From Eledone cirrhosa (taxonomy: Eukaryota), in the NCBI GenBank assembly GCA_964016885.1, contig OZ024741.1, positions 48,112,001 through 48,176,000 of the forward strand: a stretch of 64,000 nucleotides of DNA, in the 5' to 3' direction. Position numbers and translations under genes: made by a program. Shown here one piece after another: positions 23,017 through 34,357 of the stretch (its first letter is position 1; each line of letters opens with the position of its first letter). Below the pieces are notes generated by a model. It was not told where the DNA came from and did not search any database. It was given only the letters and a program-made list of their open reading frames with translations.

Positions 23017-26000
23017 ATGAATGCACCACATTTGCCCGCCTTTACCGGAAAACCTAAGCTGTGGCTTGCCCAGTTACAGACGTATTTTACGGTCTGTAAG
23101 ACAGTCTGACCAGCGCCTCGCTGTCTTGATTAGCGGACTCCCCCTAATCTAGCAGATTCGGTCCAAGACCTAATTACAGACCCCCCCCCCCCCCTCTGAC
23201 TTAACGTTTCAGTCTTTAAAAGGCGAGATCTTGAGAAGGAACTGTAAGTCGGTAGAGAGTCGTTTTCGGTCATTGATCGAGGACGAACGATCAGGTAACA
23301 GGACCCCTACCGCTTTTCTCCGGCATTTGCGGGAATTGAGCGATTCCCAAGATCAGGATAGCCCTTTCCTGAAGCAATTGTTCTTCTCTCGCCTACCTCA
23401 AGAGGTACAGCCGATCCTAGCCCATATGCTAGAGGTAAATACCCTCGACCACATTGCTGTCTCTGCTGACAAAATTGTAGAAGTGACGAAGAGAGACACT
23501 GCGAAGCCAAAGTACATTGCTTCCTCTTCTCTTCCTCAATCACGCTCATCAGTGAGTGATGAGAAATTAGTCAAAACAATGGAAGCCATGACTCGTCAAA
23601 TGGCGGAGTTGTGCCAGGAACTCAGGTCTTTTGGACGGCAGAGGAGCCGCTCACAAACTTATTCAACTCCTCGCCGCCGTAGCCGTTCCAAATCGTGCTT
23701 ACAAGGGAAACGACGACCAGAGTCACTAACGGCAGATAGTGCGCTCTGCGAAACATCATCCAACCGCCACTTTTTTATTGAGGACCTGCTATCAGGTAGA
23801 GCCGTTCTGGTTGACACAGGTGCAGCTTGTTCAATATGGCCTGTGTGTTGTATGAAGGAGACTCCCCCTGAGTCATCTATTGAATTGCAGGCAGTAAATT
23901 GTTCGCCGATTCGAACCTTCGGACAAATCTCGCTACCTTTGCAGTTCTGTAATCTGTGGCGTGAATTTAAATGGATATTTACTGTCGCTGCCTTGCCGTA
24001 TCCGATTCTAGGCGCGGATTTTCTCCACCATTTTTCATTGACGGTGGACCTCCGTCGTAAACGCCTAATTGATGGCATCACTGGTTTCACTGTTGTTGGC
24101 AAGGCAGCAGGAGTTCCAACAGTTAGCCCGACCTTTTTTCTTGCTAACACCGGTGATACTTACCATGCGTTGTTGAACTCGTTCCCGCAACTGACTCAGG
24201 GAAATTTTCGAGTTGATGAGCCAACTCATACCACGGAGCACTTCATAACTACAACTGGTGCGCCCATTTTTTCTCGTCCTCGTCGCTTGCCTCCGGACAA
24301 ACTCAAAGCAGCACGATCAGAGTTTGATCATATGCTGCAGTTGGGGATTATTCATCCGTCCACGAGCCCGTGGGCGTCCCCATTACACATGGTACCGAAA
24401 GCGACTGGCGATTGGAGACCTACTGGAGATTATCGATGCTTAAATTCGATAACGGAACCGGACCGTTATCCTATCCCTCATCGCAAGACTTTGCGTCTTC
24501 GTTGCAGGGATGCAAGATATTCTCCAAAATGGATTTAATTCGTGCGTACCATCAAATTCCTGTCCATAAAAACGGCTATAGTTACGCCATTTGGGTCATT
24601 TGAGTTTTTGACCATGCCGTTCGGATTAAGGAATGCCGCTAGTACTTTTCAGCGGTTTATGGATGAGGTTACTCGCGGCCTCGATTTCGTCTATACCTAT
24701 ATTGACGACCTGCTCATTGCTAGTTCTTCTCAAGAGCAACATACGCACCATTTGAATCTTCTTTTCCGCCGATTGAAGGTGTATAACGTGCAGATTAATG
24801 CACCCAAATGTGTTTTTGGTGTTGAGTCACTGACTTTCTTGGGTCACGTCATCGATGCTGACGGTATTCGACCCCGGCCTGAGCGAGTTAAGGTCATAGA
24901 GGATTTGCCTCCACCGACCTCACTACGTCAGTTACGCCAGTTCTTAGGCCTGATTAGCTTTTATAGGCGTTTCGTCCCAAATTGTGCGAGATTGCTTTTC
25001 TCCCTGACAGAAATTTAAAAAAATTCTCGGAAGAAGAATAAAGATATTTCTTTAACCGAGACTCAACTTGCTGATTTTCAGCACGCCAAAACTGCTTTGG
25101 CTAATGCTTCTTTACTGGCTCACCCGGTACCCGGTGCAAAGCTAACTCTTTGTGTTGATGCATCGGATATCGCTGTGGGCGCAGTGCTACAACAAAACAT
25201 CAATGGTTACCAGCAACCGCTGGAGTTCTTTTCCAGAAAGATGAAACCTGCTGAGACACGCTACAGCATCTTTGGAAGAGAGCTTTTAGCCATCTATTTA
25301 GCTGTGAAACATTTTTCACATATGCTAGAGGGTAGACTATTTACTATCCTCACTGACCATAAACCATTGACTTTTGCGTTGAGAGCGAAGGCTGATAAAT
25401 ACTCGCCCAGTGAGACGAGGCACCTTGATTTCATCTCGCAATATATGAATGATATCCAACACATTCCGGGTTCACTGAATACAGTGGCCGATGCTTTGTC
25501 CCGCTTACCCATGACAGCGATCTCGTCACCCTCTGACATAGATCTGACTCGTTTGGCTGCGGATCAGCCTCCCCTTCAGTCATTGGATGTTACATCGCCC
25601 AAGTTTGTGAATTGCGAGATGAAATACTTGCCTCTGTCGACTGCAGTTGGCCAAATTCTCTGCGACGTCTCTTTGGACGTGCCTAGGCCCTTCGTTCCAG
25701 AGAATCATCGTCGGACCGTGTTTCTGGCATTACATAATTTCTCGCATCCAGGATCTTCTGCCACAGTTAAACTCATATCAGCTAGATTTTTCTGGCCAAA
25801 TATGAGGCGTGAAATTGCTGCTTGGTGCCGTTCCTGCGTCGCTTGCCAGAAATCAAAGGTCCATCGACACGTCAAGGCTCCCCTGGGTACCTTTACTAAC
25901 CCAGATGTGCGTTTTTCGCACATTCATATTGATATAGTGGGACCTTGGCTTATCAGCGATGGTTATTCTTATCTGCTGACCATAATTGACTGTTTTTCGA

Positions 26001-26830
26001 GATGGCCTGAAGCCATCCCCTTGAAAAACATCACCGCTGAGACAATAGCGCGTGCTCTTGTGTCTGGATGGATCTCTCGTTATGGAGTTCCATCCACAGT
26101 AACTACCGACCGTGGACGACAGTTCGAGTCTTTTCCTCGAACTGTCAAAATTAATTGGAGCTAAATGCATCAGAACTACAGCGTACCATCCCGCTTCGAA
26201 TGGTATGGTGGAGCGTTTTCACTGACAACTGAAGGCCTCCTTAATGGCCTCAATGGACTTGGCGCATTGGAGTGAGTACCTCCCTATTGTGCTACTAGGG
26301 ATTTGGTCAACGGTAAAGGTCGACTTTGGATATTCACCGGCCGAAGTACTGTACGGTGCCCCTCTGACGTTGCCCCTATCGATCTTGATGCCCAAGATCA
26401 CGCTTCCTACGTGTCCCGTTTGCGCTCCTATTTCCAGGATTTTCCACCAATGGACACTAAGAAACAAACTGTCAAGACTGCTGTCCCGAGGTATGTTGCC
26501 TCGTGGAAGCATGTCTTTGTAAGTAAAGATTCTGTGAAGCCCCTGCTCACACAGCCTTACACTGGACCTTACCGTGTCTTAGCGTGGCTAAGCATTACCG
26601 TGGCTAAGCATTTCACTTTAGATATTAAAGGGTCCAGGGAGTCAGTTACAATAGACAGGCTTAAGCAGGCACACCTTGACACGGACGCTGTGGTTCCTGA
26701 TCCACGAACCCCTTCGTATCTGCCTGTTGAGCGAACGCCTGTTCCTGAACCACCATCATCGCCTGTCCCTACACCTCCACCATCGCCATGTTACAAGACC
26801 ACGACCCGTTCAGGTCGTAGAGTCCACTAG
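23017..26830 (+). pseudogene. gag-pol: Gypsy gag-pol, copy 2 (same lesions as copy 1)
   Basis: The ORF set is identical at +5146 except one F/V change (20620 T vs 25766 G). A poly-C run is 10 vs 14 nt. Confidence 0.93.
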
Positions 26831-27062
26831 CCCCAAAAATTTTGCAGCAGCCTTTTTTTTTGCCTCTGTGTTTCTGCTTTTTCTTTGCCTTGTTTTTCAT
26901 GCATGTTGTGTTTCTTAACATTTTTCAAATCCTTATTCTGGATTTAATGATTTAATGATTGGTAGAGCGAATAGCTCCCGCTTGTTGCATTGTTCGACAT
27001 CTTACTCCACGTGTGAGTAATAACATCAATTTTCGATGATTTGAAAATCTGGCAGGGGAAAC

Positions 27063-27527
27063 TGTAGTAAGACGCCTTACGCCCCCCCTGTCAGATAATG
27101 GACTAGACCTAGTTGGCTCCCCCTGGTTGAGAACACTATTTAAGTAAGCAGCAGTATTACTTTCTCAGACAGCCACGGGAAAGCAGACGGTATACACGCC
27201 ACAGAAAACAGCCTCTGTACCACGAAACGATAAACAGCCCTCGGGAACAGCAAACACCACAATACCTTTGTAATTGTAATTCACTACAACTGGATCACGT
27301 ATATATTTGGTATGTTTCATTTGTAATATAAACACATATAAACAAAATAAACATCACCATTATTTACATTGTTAAATATAACTCTCGTTGTGGTTATTGT
27401 CTTGTTTACGCACACACCCCACTCACTTTGTTATAATTCTCACTTACAAAAATGGTAAATAGACGTGAGGGAAGGTCCCTCGTCTATGTCGATAAACAAT
27501 CCAACTAGGATACTTCATTTTACCACA
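27063..27527 (+). repeat. LTR3 (465 bp)
   Basis: tgtagtaagacgcc...ttttaccaca; carries the inverted 15-mer at 27466-27480. Confidence 0.95.
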
Positions 27528-27531
27528 AAGT

Positions 27532-27579
27532 CACAATCTTTCGATTGCAAGGCCAATGCTCTAACCACTAAGCCATATG

Positions 27580-27581
<2 letters not shown>
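27532..27581 (-). mobile_element. tRNA-derived SINE head (5' part of the split SINE)
   Basis: Reverse complement 'aggcatatggcttagtggttagagcattggccttgcaatcgaaagattgtg' matches 3913-3963 and completes the SINE across the Gypsy insertion. Confidence 0.9.

Positions 27582-27657
<76 letters not shown>
27581..27657. repeat. (CT)n microsatellite
   Basis: Direct inspection. Confidence 0.95.
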
Positions 27658-27670
<13 letters not shown>

Positions 27671-27770
27671 GTTGTGTAACTGGTCTACACAGACTATATA
27701 TATATTTAGTTGTATCTCTGGTCTACACAGACAATATATATATTTAGTTGTGTCTCTGGTCTCCACAGAC

Positions 27771-27812
<42 letters not shown>

Positions 27813-28088
27813 GTTGTGTCTCTGGACTCCACAGACTATATATATATTTAGTTGTATCTCTGGTCTACACAGACTATATATATATTTAGTTGTGTCTCTG
27901 GTCTCCACAGACTATATATATATATATATATTTAGTTGTGTCTCTGGACTCCACAGACTATATATATATTTAGTTGTGTCTCTGGACTCCACAGACTATA
28001 TATATATTTAGTTGTATCTCTGGTCTACACAGACTATATATATATTTAGTTGTGTCTCCGGTCTCCACAGACTATATATATATATATA

Positions 28089-28428
28089 CCACCCCCACCC
28101 CATCCACACCACCCCGTTCTATGTAAAGTTATGTTGGTGCCGCGCCATCGAGGCCGAAACAAATGAGATCGTGTAGGTGTCACGACAAAAAAACACACAG
28201 TCCACGCTGTAATGTGGCCGTGTAGGCAACACGGTAAAAACCTCCCAGACCCACACTGTAAATGTGGTTGGTGTTAGGAAGGGCATCCAGCTGTAGAAAA
28301 CCTGCCAGACAGTCCTATGCGAGCAAGACAATCACTCTTGCCTCAAGTGGGACTACCCCCGTCCAAACCCACGCAAGCGTGGAACACGGACGTTAAACGT
28401 TGATGATGATGATGATGATGATGATGAT
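28089..28428 (+). mobile_element. 5'-truncated RTE family-C 3' UTR
   Basis: Near-identical reverse complement of 29546-29885; ends in (GAT)n; TA runs on both sides. Confidence 0.9.
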
Positions 28429-28724
28429 ATATATATATATATATTTAGTTGTGTCTCTGGACTCCACAGACTATATATATATTTAGTTGTGTCTCTGGTC
28501 TACACAGACTATATATATTTAGTTGTATCTGGTCTACACAGACTATATATATATTTAGTTGTGTCTCTGGTCTACACAGCCTATATATATATTTAGTTGT
28601 ATCTGGTATCCACAGAATATATATATATTTAGTTGTATCTCTGGTCTACACAGACTCTATATATATTTAGTTGTATCTCTGATCTACACAGACTCTATAT
28701 ATATATATATATATATAGAGTCTG

Positions 28725-29287
28725 TGCACCAGTCTTTGGGTATGACACCACTATATATAGCCTGATTGATGATGCGTGCAACCAGTTTAGTGCCTACGTC
28801 CCCTGATGCCTTCAGCATCTCAGCAACTATTCCCGGTGGTCCGGCAGCCTTACCATTTTTCATTTCCCTAATCGCTTCTTGGACCCTATATTTGTCAATC
28901 TCAATAGCTGGTCCCTCTGTCGGATCTACCAAGGGTAATTTCTCTGTCTCCCATTCGTTCTCCACATTCATCAGTCCCTCATAATGACATTTCCAGGCCT
29001 CCTTTTTCTGATCATTCGTGACACTAAGTACACCGGCATCATCCCGGACACATTTATCTCCAACAACATCCTGATTCGCCTTGACACACTGCCTTGCAAT
29101 GTGGAACACCGCACGCCTCTGATCTTCCCGTCGCAGAACATTGGCAAACCTCCTACTCTCTGCCTCCCTGCGTGCTAAGTACACCTGACGTCTAGCTTCT
29201 CTCTTAGTGGCTGTATATTCTTCTCTACTCCCACCCTTTTTCCAAGCCTTCCATGCTAGTCTTTTGACTCTAATAGCCTTATCTACT
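28725..29287 (-). mobile_element. Internal RTE family-A fragment without a 3' tail
   Basis: Encodes DKAIRVKRLAWKAW...GKAAGPPG...IPKDWC, homologous to 6050-6595. Confidence 0.92.
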
Positions 29288-29545
29288 ATATATATATTTA
29301 GTCGTATCTGGACTACACAGACTTTATCTATATTTAGTTGTTTCTCTGGACTCCACAGACTATATATATTTAGTTGTATCTCTGGTCTACACAGACTATA
29401 TATATATTTAGTTGTATCTGGTCTCCACAGACTATATATATATTTAGTTGTGTCTCTGGTCTCCACAGACTATATATATATTTAGTCGTATCTGATCTAC
29501 ACACACTTTATATATATTTAGTTGTGTCTCTAGTCTACACAGACT

Positions 29546-30785
29546 ATCATCATCATCATCATCATCATCAACGTTTAACGTCCGTGTTCCACGCTTGCAT
29601 GGGTTTGGACGGGGGTAGTCCCACTTGAGGCAAGAGTGATTGTCTTGCTCGCATAGGACTGTCTGGCAGGTTTTCTTCAGTTGGATGCCCTTCCTAACAC
29701 CAACCACATTTACAGTGTGGGTCTGGGAGGTTTTTACCGTGTTGCCTACACGGCCACATTACAGCGTGGACTGTGTGTTTTTTTTGTCGTGACACCTACA
29801 CGATCTCATTTGTTTCGGCCTGGATGGCGCGGCACCAACATAACTTTACATAGAACGGGGTGGTGTGGATGGGGTGGTGGTGGTGGGACGGGGTGTATTT
29901 TGTTAGAGATGCCTACTGGCTGGAGTAGGTTTTACTATATATTTAGGTAAGGCGGGTCTTCTCTGTTACTGAGTACCGCCAAAGGTCTCGGTCCAGTAAG
30001 ATTGTCTTGGAGAGGTGTAAGTGTGTGAGGTCGGAGTTTATCAGCTCGTCCCAGGTTTTTCTAGGTCTGCCTATTCCGTGGCTACCGTCTATCTTTATTG
30101 CCCTGCACTTTGTTATACAGCTATCGACTTTCATGCGCATCACGTGTCCATACCAACGTAGCCTTCTCTCGAGTAAACAACATCTGATCCCTCTTATCTC
30201 TAATTTTTTACTTAGTTCGTTTATGCTTTGCCGTTCACGTATATTACTGTTACACATCCCGCGGAGCATGTAAGCTTCGTTCCTCTCTAGTCTGCGTATA
30301 TCCTCTGCACACAATGCCCAGGTCTCACTGCCATGCAACATTGCTGTTCGTATGCAGGCATCGTACAACCTGCCTTTCATTTTTAGGGAGAACCCTTTAG
30401 CGGCAAATAGTGGTATAAGCTCTCTGAACTTTTTCCAACCAGTTCTGACTCTAGCTACAGTACTTTCAGAGCACCCTCCCCACTGCTGATTTTATCGCCC
30501 AGGTAACGGAAGCTGTCCACTATTTCTATAGAACCCTCTGCGCAATTGAAAGAGCTAGTATTTTGTGGGCACTTGCTGCTACTTATTGCACCAGAACACC
30601 GGCCACATGTAAAATCTATGTTCTTAGTTAGCTTACCTGTGATCCCACTACATCTTTTATCCACCCATACTTTGCATTTAGGACATAAAATGGAGTTTCT
30701 ACCTACGCCTTTCCTACACACCGAGCACGACCATTTCTTTCGCCGCCTTGTTTTCTTTCCTACAAACGAGAACTTTGGTCTTAGA
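29546..30785 (-). mobile_element. 5'-truncated RTE LINE (family C) with long 3' UTR
   Basis: C4HC3-like finger (ORF 30455-30721), C-terminal LHGSETW...RLRWYGHV...GRPRKTW (ORF 29943-30380), ~400-bp 3' UTR and a (GAT)n tail. Confidence 0.92.
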
Positions 30786-33700
30786 TTTAGTTGTGTCTCT
30801 GGTCTACACAGACTATATTTAGTTGTCTATATATATATTTAGTTGTATCTGGTCTCCACAGACTATATATATATTTAGTTGTGTATCTGGTCTACACAGA
30901 CTATATATATATTTAGTTGTATCTCTGGTCTCCACAGACTATATATATATATCTAGTCGTATCTGGTCTCCACAGACTAAATTTATATTTAGTTGTATCT
31001 GGTCTACAGAGACTATATATATATATATTTAGTTGTATCTGCTCTCCACAGACTATATATATATTTAGTTGTATCTCTGGTCTACACAGACTATATATAT
31101 ATTTAGTTGTGTCTCTGGTCTACACAGACTAAATATATATTTAGTTGTATCTGGTCTACACGGACTATATATATATTTAGTTGTATCTCTGGTCTACACA
31201 GACTATATATATATTTAGTTGTCTTTGGTCTCCACAGACTATATATATATTTAGTTGTCTCTCTGCTCTACACAGACTATATATATATATATTTAGTTGT
31301 CTCTCTGCTCTACACAGACTATATATTTAATTGTGTCTCTGGTCTACACAGACTTTATATATATTTAGTTGTATCTGGTCTCCACAGACTATATATATAT
31401 CTAGTTGTGTCTCTGTCTACAAAGACTATATATATATTTAGTTGTATCAGGACTACAGAGACTATATATATATTTAGTTGTCTCTCGTCTACACAGACTT
31501 TATATATATTTAGTTGTATCTCTGGACTCCACAGACTATATATATATTTAGTTGTGTCTCTGGTCTACACAGACTATATATATATTTAGTTTTATCTCTG
31601 GTCTACACAGACTATATATATATTTAGTTGCATCTGGTCTACACAGACTATATATATATTTAGTTGCATCTGGTCTCCACAGACTATATATATATTTAGT
31701 TTTATCTCTGGTCTACACAGACTATATATATATTTAGTTGTATCTGGTCTACACAGACTATATATATATTTAGTTGTATCTCTGGTCTCCACAGACTATT
31801 TATATATTTAGTTGTGTCTCTGGTCTCCACAGACTATATATATATTTAGTTGCATCTGGTCTACACAGACTATATATATATTTAGTTGCATCTGGTCTCC
31901 ACAGACTATATATATATTTAGTTATATCTCTGGTCTACACAGATTATATATATATTTAGTTTTATCTCTGGTCTACACAGACTATATATATATTTAGTTG
32001 TATCTCTGGTCTACCCAGAGTATATATATATCTAGTCGTATCTGGTCTCCACAGACTATATATATATTTAGTTGTATCTCTGGTCTACCCAGAGTATATA
32101 TATATCTAGTCGTATCTGGTCTCCACAGACTATATATATATTTAGTTGTATCTCTGGTCTACACAGACTATATATATATTTAGTTGTGTCTCTGGTCTAC
32201 ACAGACTTTATATATATTTAGTTGTGTCTCTGGTCTACACAGACTATATATATATTTAGTTGCATCTGGTCTACACAGACTATATATATATTTAGTTGTA
32301 TCTGGTCTACACAGACTATATATATATTTAGTTGCATCTGGTCTACACAGACTATATATATATTTAGTTGTATCTGGTCTACACAGACTATATATATATT
32401 TAGTTGTATCTCTGGTCTCCACAGACTATATATATATTTAGTTGTATCTCTTGTCTACAGACTATATATATATTTAGTTGTATCTCTGGTCTCCACAGAC
32501 TATATATATATTTAGTTGTATCTGGTCTACAGACTATATATATATTTAGTTGTATCTGGTCTACAGACTATATATATATTTAGTTGTGTCTCTGGTCTCC
32601 ACAGACTATATATATATTTAGTTGTATCTGGTCTACACAGACTATATATATATATTTAGTTGTATCTCTGGTCTCCACAGACTATATATATATTTAGTTG
32701 TATCTCTGGTCTACACAGACTATTTATATATTTAGTTGTATCTCTGGTCTACACAGACTATATATATATTTAGTTGTATCTCTGGTCTACCCAGAGTATA
32801 TATATATCTAGTCGTATCTGGTCTCCACAGACTATATATATATTTAGTTGTATCTCTGGTCTACACAGACTATATATATATTTAGTTGTGTCTCTGGTCT
32901 ACACAGACTTTATATATATTTAGTTGTATCTCTGGTCTACACAGACTATATATATATATTTAGTTGTATCTGGTCTACACAGACTATATATATATTTAGT
33001 TGCATCTGGTCTACACAGACTATATATATATTTAGTTGTATCTGGTCTACACAGACTGTATATATATCTAGTCGTATCTGGTCTCCACAGACTATATATA
33101 TATTTAGTTGTATCTCTGGTCTAAACAGACTATATATATATTTAGTTGTGTCTCTGGTCTACACAGACTATATATATATTTAGTTGTATCTCTGGTCTAC
33201 ACAGACTATATATATATATTTAGTTGTATCTGGTCTACACAGACTATATATATATTTAGTTGCATCTGGTCTACACAGACTATATATATATTTAGTTGTA
33301 TCTGGTCTACACAGACTGTATATATATTTAGTTGTATCTGGTCTCCACAGACTATATATATATTTAGTTGTGTCTCTGGTCTACACAGACTTTATATATA
33401 TTTAGTTGTATCTGGTCTACACAGACTATATATATATTTAGTTGTATCTCTGGTCTCCACAGACTATATATATATTTAGTTGTATCTCTGGTCTACACAG
33501 ACTATATATATATTTAGTTGTATCTCTGGTCTCCACAGACTGTATATATATTTAGTTGTGTCTCTGGTCTACACAGACTATATATATATTTAGTTGTATC
33601 TGGTCTACACAGACTATATATATATTTAGTTGTATCTCTGGTCTACACAGACTATATATATATTTAGTTGTGTCTCTGGTCTACACAGACTATATATATA

Positions 33701-34357
33701 TTTAGTTGTATCTCTGGTCTCCACAGACTATATATATATTTAGTTGTATCTGGTCTACACAGACAATATATATATTTAGTTGTCTCTGGTCTCCACAGAC
33801 TATATATATATTTAGTTGTGTCTCTGGTCTCCACAGACTATATATATATTTAGTTGTGTCTCTGGTCTCCACAGACTATATATATATTTAGTTGTGTCTC
33901 TGGTCTCCACAGACTATATATATATTTAGTTGTGTCTCTGGTCTCCACAGACTATATATATATTTAGTTGTATCTGGTCTACACAGACTATATATCTATT
34001 TAGTTGTATTTGGTCTACACAGACTATATATATATTTAGTTGTATCTGGTCTCCACAGACTATATATATATTTAGTTGTCTCTCTGCTCTACACAGACTA
34101 TATATATATTTAGTTGTATCTGGTCTACACAGACTATATATATATTTAGTTGTATCTGGTCTACACAGACTATATATATATTTAGTCGTATCTGGTCTAC
34201 ACAGACTATATATATATTTAGTTGTATCTGCTCTACACAGACTATATATATATTTAGTTGTATCTCTGGACTCCACAGACTATATATCTATTTAGTTGTA
34301 TCTCTGGTCTACACAGACTATATATCTATTTAGTTGTATCTCTGGTCTACACAGACT

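Larger units (their letters stand above)
16787..27527 (+). mobile_element. Ty3/Gypsy LTR retrotransposon (CsRn1/Kabuki/Boudicca-like), tandem LTR-int-LTR-int-LTR, decayed
   Basis: Three TG...CA LTRs, a tRNA-Trp-like PBS, a PPT, domain order PR-RT-RH-IN, a 4-bp TSD AACT (16783-86)/AAGT (27528-31) and a 5146-bp period. Confidence 0.95.
27658..34357. repeat. 36/38-bp satellite, block 2 (interrupted by RTE pieces; more diverged monomers at ~30.8-32.1 kb)
   Basis: Same monomer in the same orientation between the insertions. Confidence 0.95.

Noticed and set aside
28684-29466. 260-aa minus-strand ORF as a new chimeric gene
   Set aside because: It is an accidental read-through of satellite into an RTE fragment, with no promoter, splice or conservation evidence.
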